Source: an uncultured bacterium
Lineage (GTDB): Bacteria > Oederibacteriota > JAAXVQ01 > JAUVAV01
Direction: 5' to 3'
DNA: 64,000 nt
Assembly (NCBI GenBank): GCA_963710755.1
Contig: CAVQBK010000003.1
Span: 992,001-1,056,000 of the forward strand
Shown piece after piece: positions 19,201-27,200 of this stretch; position 1 is the stretch's first letter, and the number at the start of each line of letters is the position of its first letter. The position numbers were made by a program, and so were the translations under genes. The notes under the pieces were generated by a model, which did no database searches, was not told the DNA's origin, and saw only the letters and a list, made by a program, of their open reading frames with translations.

Positions 19201-20733
19201 GCTGTTAATGGTGGTGCCGGAGCCTATCTCACCAACGTGGGCATAGGTTCGAATGTGAAAGCCAACCAAGCATCCACACACATGAAAAACAGTCGGCTGC
19301 AAGGTACTGCCGTAAATATTGTCGGCGGCGCAGCTGCTACCAACGTGGGGATTGGGGAAAACGTGAAAGCCAATCAAGCGTCCACGCATATGGAAAATAG
19401 CACCCTGCAGGGTGCTGCAGTGAATACTGCTGGTGGCGCGGTGGTAACCAACGTAGGAATCGGTGAAAACGTGAAAGCCAGTCAAGGCTCAACTCATATG
19501 GAAAACAGCCGGCTGCAAGGCGCGGCCGTGAATATCGCTGGTGGTGCGGCCACCACCAATGTAGGGATTGGAGAAAATGTGAAAGCCAGTCAAGGTTCAA
19601 CTCATATGGAAAACAGCCGGCTGCAAGGCGCGGCCGTGAATATCGCCGCCGGCGTGGCAGTGACCAATGTTGGTATTGGCCAAAACGTTAAAACCAATCA
19701 AGGCGCTACAAGTCTGGAAAATAGCCGGATGCACGGAGCCGCAGTTAACCTTGTCGGGGGAGCTGGTGCTACCAATGTAGGTATCGGTGAGAATGTCAAA
19801 GCTAACCAGGCATCAGTGAGTGCAAAAAACAGTCATTTGAACGGCATGGCGGTAAATGCCGGTGTGGGTGGGCTTCTTACCAATATTGGTATTGGTAAGA
19901 ATGTCAAAGCCAATCAGGCGTCTGTACGCGCCGTCAATAGTTCGGTCAAAGGCTCGGTGATAAATGCTACTGCTGCTGGGTTGGCTACCAATGTGGCTAT
20001 TGGGGAGAACGCCACCTCCAATCAGACATCCGTGCACACAGAAGGCAGTCATATGCAGGGTGAAGTTAAAAATACAGCCGTTGCTGGGGCTGCTACCAAT
20101 ATTGCCATTGGTAAAAATGTTAAGGCCAATCAGGCGGCCGTGCACTTGAAAAATAGTAATCTCAAAGGTAACGTGAATAATAATGCTGGCGGTGGTTTAA
20201 TGACCAACGTGGCTATTGGCGAGGGTGCCACAGCCAACCAAGCGGCCGTGGATATGGAGAACAGCACCTTAAAAGGTAATGTTTCTAATAATATTTCCGG
20301 TGTTGCAGGTACCAATATTGCTCTCGGCGGCAACGGAACCAAGGCCAATCAATCTGCGGTGGTTATGAAAAATAGCCAATTGGAAGGCGACGTTAATAAT
20401 AATGTGAGCAGCATTGGCACGAATTTAGCACTTTCCGGGGGACGTGCCAATCAGGGAACGGTTTATATGGAAAAAGCCAGTTACCGCGGAAATATTACCA
20501 ACAACGTTTCAGGTATGACAGCGACCAATTTGGCAGTGGGTAATAATGCCGAAGCGAATTCCGCATCTGTGGTGATTAAAAATCGCTCCGGTGGAGGTGG
20601 ACTTCACACTGGTTCTGGTGCGGGAATTGTGATAAACGACATTAAGGTTCCTGGCGGTAGCTTGACGGGGCAGAATTTAAATGTACAGGCGGGAAAAGGG
20701 ACTTCAAATAAAAATTCTGTGGTATTCAAATGA
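16294..20733 (+). CDS. Large secreted repeat protein with helical N-terminus, Ser/Gly/Asn linker and about 24 x 36-aa beta-repeats (candidate fibre/adhesin subunit)
   Basis: GGAGG RBS before ATG 16294 (the ORF track starts at 16186). Signal-like segment VVLATAICFLMVPSFALS. Repeat consensus TNVGIGENVKANQASTHMENSTLQGVAVNGAAGTNL. Confidence 0.85.
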   Translation: MLLGNTQSFCYRSMVVLATAICFLMVPSFALSKKKPDVVEIRIKSGGRDQKIQEGLDKTNQGIAAAMSDSEEGIEQSSGAVSRHEIKEEISKRSSEGFSSDTGKKYKEMGSQLQQENEARGTELRETYTRQGDQLRAENQARGDEVKKESLAKVQEAQDEINADKMKDEYEQKGAGYANKAKHDLGETLWKAHNSLNDSANADKRKLNYVSAEANYKAADKLVAIKKKLDKTDVNGSVPKDAQPDSTVDYESSGNNILAGQDSSDKKAGSNNQSNIKNPLSNEVINEGVVTMLKQSKIQSYMESNMDKATALQKNNPSGAGVDSGQFTQSAGGLTDQYQGTGNNIGMPGVNGNADLMSGTMAQSGVKITENGSRQGIGTAAANGNNGYGYMAGSSIDGTGKGSNYSNVATSGSGSANIEGASHSGSSSASNANSYSQSSETYAGSKSAGAGSGVSNSAAGTDKINSNYGGGGDSSGSGSSASAEAGSNGQNPRSGDQSEKAESPSASKTSAKQQGNSGKPQNVAANSSVGNKQTVKGQPVNNPSSSKKNANANSLAHAYKPKTGGTKTAGIVVNSVDYHSTAINAAVGENATSNLGSIVFKGSEINGVVVNSDQDGNNRINAAVGAATAANQSSVVTRNSKIKGAVVNAVRGQNMVNAAVGVNAEANQGSVAVKESQVNGVLINSSSSQTQVNAAIGENVTANQSAVQIRSSQMSGAAVNVQKSQNAINAAIGNDAHSNQASTHLKNSKLEGVAVNAATGNNHINAGIGADVKANQTSTHMENSTLQGVAVNGAAGTNLTNVGIGGNVKANQASTHMENSTLQGVAVNGAAGTNLTNVGIGENVKANQASTHMENSTLQGVAVNGAAGANLTNVGIGENAKANQAATHMENSRLQGAAINIAGGAAATNVGIGENVKANQASTHMENSRLQGAAINIAGGAAATNVGIGENVKANQASTHMENSTLQGVAVNGGAGAYLTNVGIGSNVKANQASTHMKNSRLQGTAVNIVGGAAATNVGIGENVKANQASTHMENSTLQGAAVNTAGGAVVTNVGIGENVKASQGSTHMENSRLQGAAVNIAGGAATTNVGIGENVKASQGSTHMENSRLQGAAVNIAAGVAVTNVGIGQNVKTNQGATSLENSRMHGAAVNLVGGAGATNVGIGENVKANQASVSAKNSHLNGMAVNAGVGGLLTNIGIGKNVKANQASVRAVNSSVKGSVINATAAGLATNVAIGENATSNQTSVHTEGSHMQGEVKNTAVAGAATNIAIGKNVKANQAAVHLKNSNLKGNVNNNAGGGLMTNVAIGEGATANQAAVDMENSTLKGNVSNNISGVAGTNIALGGNGTKANQSAVVMKNSQLEGDVNNNVSSIGTNLALSGGRANQGTVYMEKASYRGNITNNVSGMTATNLAVGNNAEANSASVVIKNRSGGGGLHTGSGAGIVINDIKVPGGSLTGQNLNVQAGKGTSNKNSVVFK
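18619..19650 (+). repeat. 108-bp coding tandem repeat, about 9-10 highly similar copies
   Basis: The core CA[CT]ATGGAAAACAGC..CTGCAAGG recurs every 108 nt (units starting near 18619, 18727, 18835 and onward). Confidence 0.95.
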
Positions 20734-20960
20734 GCTTATGTACAAACAGGGCGTCTTTCCTTTGCTCTAAGGCCAGGCTGTTGGCATGAGCATTAAGTGG
20801 CCTCTCAATTTATTTTACCAGAGGCAATAAAGATCTGAGCGCTAGCAAAATATTTTTTTAAACAGACAATCTAACGTGGGAGGTGAACAGAACCATAGAA
20901 AGGGATTTTTTAGAAATTAGGCTTAATGAAAAAACATTCTTAAAAAAATGAGGAGGAATT

Positions 20961-21707
20961 ATGAAGAAAATCAGTTTATTTATCGCAATGTTATCTTTGT
21001 TAGCCATGCAAGCCTATGCTGCATCCAGCTCACAGGTGGGCGGTGAGATGAGCAATGAATCAAAAATTGGTAAAAATGCTATTAATGCCGCGGTCGGCGA
21101 CGGGTCCAAAGCAAATATGGGTTCTATTAAGTTTTCCGGCACAACCACGGAAAAAGGAAGCAGTGTTAAAAACAGCTCCAATATCGAAGGTGGGGCTATC
21201 AACGCCTCGGTTGGAGAAAACACCACTGCCAACATGGGCTCGATCAGCATGAAGAATACCAAAATTCAAGGTACAGTGAATAATTCAGCTAACGTCACCA
21301 AAGGTTCAATTAACGCTGCAGTGGGCAAGAATTCCAAAGCCACCATGTCCAGCATTGAGATCGAGGGCGGAGGCGTGGGAAAAACCGGCACAGTAAATAA
21401 TGCAGCAGTTATGAAAGGTAAGCAAATCAATGCCGCAGTGGGCGATGGCTCTAGTGCCAGTATGGGTAGTGTTTCCCTTAAGAATAGTCAAGTGAATGGC
21501 GAAATTAATAATACCGCTAATATCACAGGCGGTATTAATGCCGCGGTGGGTGATCACTCGAAAGCCACCATGGGTTCTGTGGATATAGCGAATACGAATG
21601 TCACATCAGGCGCCACCGTTAACAACAGCGCCAGTATTGACAACGGCATCAATGCTTCGGTAGGAAGGAACACCGAAGCGAATATGGGCTCGATTTCGGG
21701 AGAATAG
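20961..21707 (+). CDS. Secreted 248-aa protein made of six INA[AS]VG..A.MGS[IV] repeats (candidate major fibre/amyloid subunit)
   Basis: Strong GAGGAGG RBS and Sec signal MKKISLFIAMLSLLAMQAYA. The mature part is almost entirely 36-39-aa N/S/G-rich repeats with no Cys, Trp or Pro. Confidence 0.85.
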   Translation: MKKISLFIAMLSLLAMQAYAASSSQVGGEMSNESKIGKNAINAAVGDGSKANMGSIKFSGTTTEKGSSVKNSSNIEGGAINASVGENTTANMGSISMKNTKIQGTVNNSANVTKGSINAAVGKNSKATMSSIEIEGGGVGKTGTVNNAAVMKGKQINAAVGDGSSASMGSVSLKNSQVNGEINNTANITGGINAAVGDHSKATMGSVDIANTNVTSGATVNNSASIDNGINASVGRNTEANMGSISGE

Positions 21708-21720
21708 CAAACCGGAAAGA

Positions 21721-21756
21721 TTCCCCGGGCCGGGTAGGAATGTACGGCCCGGGGAA
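21721..21756 (+). promoter_or_regulatory. 12-bp GC-rich stem-loop after the 248-aa gene (mRNA stabiliser or weak terminator)
   Basis: TTCCCCGGGCCG / CGGCCCGGGGAA perfect inverted repeat with no U-tract. Confidence 0.65.
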
Positions 21757-21847
21757 AATATATAGGGGTGAAGTTGTTCGAATTCTGGGTTTATGGGTTC
21801 AAGCATTGAGGTCAGCAGAGAGTGTGCTGGCAGATTGGATGAAGATA

Positions 21848-22198
21848 ATGCGAAAGCTCGCCATTTTTTTATTTGCTGGTATTGCCTATTGTATTATATT
21901 ACCCGCCTTTGTTGTATGGGGAAATGATTTAGATGATGGGATTTCCACCTATACCGATGAATCTATTGGGGCGGATGATGATTTAGGTAGTAGTGCCAAC
22001 AATATCAATTTTATTGTAGTAGATGCCGTTGGAAAAGCCAAAACAAGAAAAAGTGCTGATGCCAAAGACAAGGGCAACGACGCCCAAAAAAACGTCACCA
22101 ATGTTTATGATGGGCAGTCGGACAACAACGAAAACAGTGTGGTGGTGGAAGCAGGGAGCAAGGTGGACAAGGTTTATAATATTGTCATTGAAAAATAG
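21848..22198 (+). CDS. Small secreted acidic protein
   Basis: Likely start MRKLAIFLFAG (or 21839). A signal-like segment is followed by NDLDDGIS..DDDLG and C-terminal NNENSVVV..VYNIVIEK. Confidence 0.75.
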   Translation: MRKLAIFLFAGIAYCIILPAFVVWGNDLDDGISTYTDESIGADDDLGSSANNINFIVVDAVGKAKTRKSADAKDKGNDAQKNVTNVYDGQSDNNENSVVVEAGSKVDKVYNIVIEK

Positions 22199-22240
22199 CT
22201 GGTAATTCTTTAATATACTATTTCTTGCTGGAGTTAACCC

Positions 22241-23386
22241 ATGATAGTGAGTGCCAAGATGAAGGTCCCTCGGAAAACAAGCGTTCTTACATTTCAATCA
22301 CTGATGATTGTTGGGTTGAGTTTGCTGCAATTGGCTTGCTCCTCTTTGGACCCACGGCAGGTGGATATGGAGCTTAAAGAGACCAAGCCGTTCACAACGA
22401 TTACCAACTACACCCAATCCCTGCACAATCTGGGGTTGATGACGGAAATCTATGGCACTCCCAACATGAAGATTCAGTGCCAGCCAGTGGGAGACAATAC
22501 CGGGTCCTCCATGGCCACTGGCGGCGAAATTCCTCGCGATATTACGGAGATGATGAAAAGTGCCCTTAATTCTATCGGCGGCCGGACTGTGTATATTCCC
22601 TATGATCCTTCTTTTATCCAGAACCAAATGGTCACCGGGTACTCCAATTTTTCCAATAAAGTCATTCCCGACGTGGTACTCACCGGAGGGATTACCGAAT
22701 TTGACCGCGGCTTGGAAACGCGTGGTACCAACACCGATGCAAGTGCTGACGCAGAATTTAAAGGCTTACCCGCGGACTTTCCCTCCGCCGCTACGGGAAT
22801 TCGCTACAGCAGTGCTGACAAATATGGGGTGGCCCGTATAACTCTGGATTTTAATCTTCTCGATTTTCAAACCATGACCGGGTTGTCGCGTATGAATACG
22901 GTCAATTCTATGGAAGTCAGGAAAGTACTGGCAGACCGGGAATTGGGCATCAGCTTATTTGGTCAGTCTTTTGGCGGTAAAGGCAGTATTAAAAAAGTCC
23001 AGGGACGGCATGCGGCTGTCAGGGTACTGGTGGAACTGAGCATGATTGAGTTGGTAGGTAAACATCTCATGCTTCCTTACTGGCGTCTTTTAGGTAATGA
23101 TGCTACACCCGACCGCGTCGTGCTGGACAGCATTGACAATTACTTTTACAATTTAACCAATACCGGTGTGACGGCCAGCGTCCAGGAATGGTTATATCTC
23201 TATGGCTATAATGTGGCTCTGACCGGCGTTTTAGATAAAGCCACGCTGGCAGCCCTGAAAAAAGTTTATCCTGATTATAACGCCAATTTAGGGACTATTG
23301 ATCTGCAGACCTTTCGCTATGTGTATCTGAACATCCCGATTGATTTGAGTGCCAAAAGAAGGCGAAGACAGTTTGATACCCTGTAA
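22241..23386 (+). CDS. CsgG/HfaB-like lipoprotein with C-terminal peptidoglycan-binding domain
   Basis: Lipobox-like LQLAC. DVVLTGGITEFD and RITLDFNLLDFQT resemble the CsgG/HfaB core. VQEWLYLYGY...GVLDKATLAALK resembles PG_binding_1. Start uncertain. Confidence 0.75.
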   Translation: MIVSAKMKVPRKTSVLTFQSLMIVGLSLLQLACSSLDPRQVDMELKETKPFTTITNYTQSLHNLGLMTEIYGTPNMKIQCQPVGDNTGSSMATGGEIPRDITEMMKSALNSIGGRTVYIPYDPSFIQNQMVTGYSNFSNKVIPDVVLTGGITEFDRGLETRGTNTDASADAEFKGLPADFPSAATGIRYSSADKYGVARITLDFNLLDFQTMTGLSRMNTVNSMEVRKVLADRELGISLFGQSFGGKGSIKKVQGRHAAVRVLVELSMIELVGKHLMLPYWRLLGNDATPDRVVLDSIDNYFYNLTNTGVTASVQEWLYLYGYNVALTGVLDKATLAALKKVYPDYNANLGTIDLQTFRYVYLNIPIDLSAKRRRRQFDTL

Positions 23387-23415
23387 CTATATTTCTGCAT
23401 AAGGTGGGAGCGTTG

Positions 23416-23994
23416 ATGAAGAAATATATCCTAACAGCATTCATAATCATGGTTTTATCCACGGCTGGTTACGCAGCCAATCGTATGGCTAAGAAGCATC
23501 TGGCGCTGGGTGATCGTTTATTTCAACAGCACCGCGTTGAAGAGGCGATTCAGGAATGGCAAATTGCTCTGGATCTGGACAAAAAGCTAGTGATTGCCAA
23601 GGAAAACATTGAGGCTGCCCGGTATTATCAAAAGCACGGCGAAATGCCTGTCAAAAAAGAACCAGAAGTGATTCAAACCGATGTGGATAATTTACCGGGA
23701 GCGGAAAAACCCATTGTGAAACCTCAACCCAAAGTTCCCGTGGATCGAATTAAAACTGAGATTTTACAAATTGAAAAAAACGGAGGACGGGCCACCAAAA
23801 TCTTAATCAATGCTGGCACGGCCAATGGCGTGGGGGTGGGCATGGAAGGTATTGTAGTAGAGCTCAATGGCGCCCCCCTGGCGGCTTTCCGGGTCACTGC
23901 TGCCGATACGGATAAAAGCTTGGCTGACATTATTTCCCTCAATCGGGATGTGAGCAATACAGCTGTTGCCATCGTGGACCGGCCCAGGGAGTAA
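23416..23994 (+). CDS. Secreted TPR protein with FlgT C-terminal-like domain
   Basis: Signal MKKYILTAFIIMVLSTAGYA, TPR HLALGDRLFQQHRVEEAIQEWQIALDLD, a Pro/Lys linker, and ILINAGTANGVGVGM. Confidence 0.7.
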   Translation: MKKYILTAFIIMVLSTAGYAANRMAKKHLALGDRLFQQHRVEEAIQEWQIALDLDKKLVIAKENIEAARYYQKHGEMPVKKEPEVIQTDVDNLPGAEKPIVKPQPKVPVDRIKTEILQIEKNGGRATKILINAGTANGVGVGMEGIVVELNGAPLAAFRVTAADTDKSLADIISLNRDVSNTAVAIVDRPRE

Positions 23995-24052
23995 GTTGTT
24001 TAAAACGAAAATATTTTGACGATGTATTTCGCGTTTACCAGCTTTATACGTG

Positions 24053-24090
24053 GGCCTGCCTTTTCCAGAAAGGCTGGCCTTTTTTATTTT
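24053..24090 (+). terminator. Intrinsic terminator closing the repeat-protein cluster
   Basis: GGCCTGCCTTT-TCCAG-AAAGGCTGGCC followed by TTTTTTATTTT. Confidence 0.75.
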
Positions 24091-24154
24091 ATCCAGAACT
24101 TCAATTTAAGACTTAACCGGAGTACCTTTATGTATGAGGCGCTCCGCTTTGGGC

Positions 24155-24183
24155 TTGACGGTACTTGGGATCAGCACTATAAT
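24155..24183 (+). promoter_or_regulatory. Sigma70 promoter of polC
   Basis: TTGACG-17 nt-TATAAT. Confidence 0.85.
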
Positions 24184-24217
24184 CTCGTCCTTGTATGAAT
24201 AAGACGTGGAGACAACC

Positions 24218-27200
24218 ATGAGCTGTGATGTACGCTTGGAGTCTATTGCCCTAACCCCTCTGTTAAAAAATGTCCTTGAAAACCTGGAAATCGCCGATCA
24301 TATGAAAAAACACGTACTCAGTGCCCAAGCATCCTCTGTGACGGTCACCACCAAGCCCCCAACTATTTTGATCCAATTATTATCCAATCATGCCATTGAA
24401 AAGCCTGCTCTGGAAGCTTTATCCCAGTCCTTAAGTGAAACGTGGGACCAACCATCCCCCCCCCGCATCGTTTGGGATTTGCATTACCCCAATGGTCAGG
24501 TCTCGGCCCTTGCCTATCTGCAGGAACATTGGCAGGATTTGTTGGTGGTTTTTTCCAAGGAAGTCAATATGGCCGCGGCTTATCTGTCTCTGGTACGGTT
24601 TCAAGCTCTGGAAGAAGGGAAAATTAAAATCGCCCTGGCTAATAAAATGAGTTTGGCGGCTTTGAAAAAGCAAGAAGGGGACAAAAAGATCAGTCGGTTG
24701 TTGAGTGAGCGGTTGCAGCGCGAAATTCAGGTGAAATTTGAACTGGGCAATTTCGAAGAAGAAGTCAAACACCGCGAAGCTTTATATGAACAGCGCATTC
24801 GGGAAGAGTTGGAAAGGATGCAGCAAGAAAAAGATCTGGGGCCACAATCTGACGGCCAGGATCGGCCTCATGGAGGCAAACCACAAAAAGCAGCCTGGAA
24901 GCTGGTTTTTGGCAGAAGCATCGCCGGCCAGCCACGTCCTATCAAAGAGATCAACGAAGAAGAAAAAAATGTTGTTTTTGAGGGGGAATTGGTAGCTTTT
25001 GAAAAAAAGGTGTTGCGCACCGGACGGCAGCTGGTACTGATGGATATTTATGATAAAACCAGCAGTATTAATGCGCGCATGTTTGTGGATGCAGAGCAAC
25101 AGGTTTCGTCTGAGATTAAATGCGGCGCCTATGTACGAATTAAAGGATCCGTTCAGACAGATAAATATTCTCAAGATTTATGCATGATGGTCAATAGTGT
25201 GATGGTTGGAGAAAAAGAGCGGCGCCATGATCTTATGGCAGCCCAGGATAAACGGGTGGAGTTGCATGCCCATTCGCAAATGAGTGCCATGGATGCTTTA
25301 CCGGAAGTCAAACAGCTGGTGGCCAAAGCTGCGGAATTCGGCCATCCCGCTGTGGCCATCACGGATCATGGTGTGGTGCAGGGGTTTCCTGAGGCTATGG
25401 CTGCTGCTTCAGCCCATGGACTTAAAGTGATCTATGGGGTGGAAAGCTATTTGATCGAGGATGAATGGCTCAAAGATAAAAAACCCAAACGGCCTTATCA
25501 TATTGTTATTTTAGTCAAAGAATTCAAGGGGTTACGCAATCTCTACCGTTTGACCTCGGAAGCGCATCTCAAGTACTTTTATCGTCATCCTCGTATTCCC
25601 CGCTCCTTGCTGGAAAAATACCGGGAAGGGCTGATTTTTGGAACTGCCTGCGAACAAGGGGAGTTATACCGGCGCCTGTTGGAAGGGGCCAATGACCAGG
25701 AGCTGGCGGTTATTGCCGGCCGCTATGATTATGTGGAAATTATGCCTAATGGCAACAATCAGTTCCTTATCCGCAATGGTGTGGTCAAGGATGATCTGGA
25801 ACTTCAGGCCATTAATAAACGGCTTGTGGCCATCGCCCAAAGTCAGGGCCGCCCGGTGGTGGCCACGGGGGATGTTCACTTTCTGGAACCAGGTGATGAA
25901 ATTTTCCGATGTATTTTGCAAGCCGGCCAGGGCTATGATGATGCAGCGCAACAAGCTCCCCTTTATTTCCACACCACCGAAGAAATGCTAAAAGAATTCG
26001 ATTATCTGGGTGAACCCTTAGCCAAAGAGGTTGTGATCCAAGGTCCGCAAAAGGTAGCCGGATGGATTGAAAAAATTGAACCTCTAAAACTGGATTTTTA
26101 CCCGCCCAAACTACCTGACGCGGAAGCCAAATTGGAAAAAATGGCCCTCAGCCGGGCCCATGAAATCTACGGCACACCCTTGCCTGAAGTGGTGGACCAA
26201 CGGTTAAAACGGGAAATTACGGCTATCAACCACAATAAATTTGCCAGTTTATTTCTCATAGCCCGTGAACTGGTGCAAAAATCGCTGGCCGACGGTTATC
26301 TGGTAGGTTCGCGCGGATCGGTCGGGTCCTCCTTAACTGCGACCATGCTGGGGATTACCGAGGTCAATCCGCTGCCCGGGCATTACTTATGCACCAGCTG
26401 TCGTCATGTGGCTTGGGATGTGGAAGGCCGTATGGGCGCCGATTTACCGGATGAACAATGTCCGGTTTGTGGCCTGGTCATGAGCAAGCAAGGCATGGAC
26501 ATTCCCTTTGAAGTCTTCATGGGCTTTAAAGGGGATAAAACACCCGACATTGACTTGAATTTTTCCGGAGAATACCAAAGCCGGGCTCATAAATTTTTAG
26601 AAGAATTGTTTGATGCTGATCACATTTTCAGGGCAGGCACTATCTCGACGGTGGCCGATCGGACGGCTTATGGGTTTGTAAAAAAGTATTTGGATGACAA
26701 CAAACTGGTATTGCGTGAAGCTGAGATCAATCGTTTGACCCGGGGATGTGCGGGTGTCAAAAAAACTACCGGTCAGCATCCAGGCGGCATCATGATTGTA
26801 CCTGCCGATATGTCGATTTATGATTTTACGCCTGTGCAGCGACCTGCGGACGATAAAAATTCCGACGTCGTGACCACACATTTGGACTATCACGCCATCC
26901 ACGATGCCTTACTTAAATTGGATGTGCTCGGCCACGATGATCCTACCTCCCTACGCCGGCTGGGGGACTGGACCGGAGTGGATGTCAGATCCATTCCTTT
27001 GGATGATCCGGAAACATTAAAGATATTTTCCGGTCTGGACTCTTTGGGCCTTTCAGAAGCAGACATCCACACTGGGATCGGCACTCTGGGCATTCCCGAA
27101 TTTGGAACGGAATTCGTAAGACAGATGTTGGATATCACCAAGCCCAAGGCCTTTTCTGAATTAGTACGCATCTCCGGCCTGTCGCACGGCACCGATGTAT

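Noticed and set aside
17608-19485. Long minus-strand ORFs (229, 319 and 189 aa)
   Set aside because: They are antisense shadows of the repetitive coding strand.
18619-19650. Regular repeats as a possible CRISPR array
   Set aside because: The units are in-frame 108-bp coding repeats with no unique spacers, and no cas genes are present.
20961-23386. Naming these genes csgA/csgG or fapC
   Set aside because: The repeat length and consensus differ from curlin, and no FapD or FapF is seen, so orthology cannot be supported by eye.
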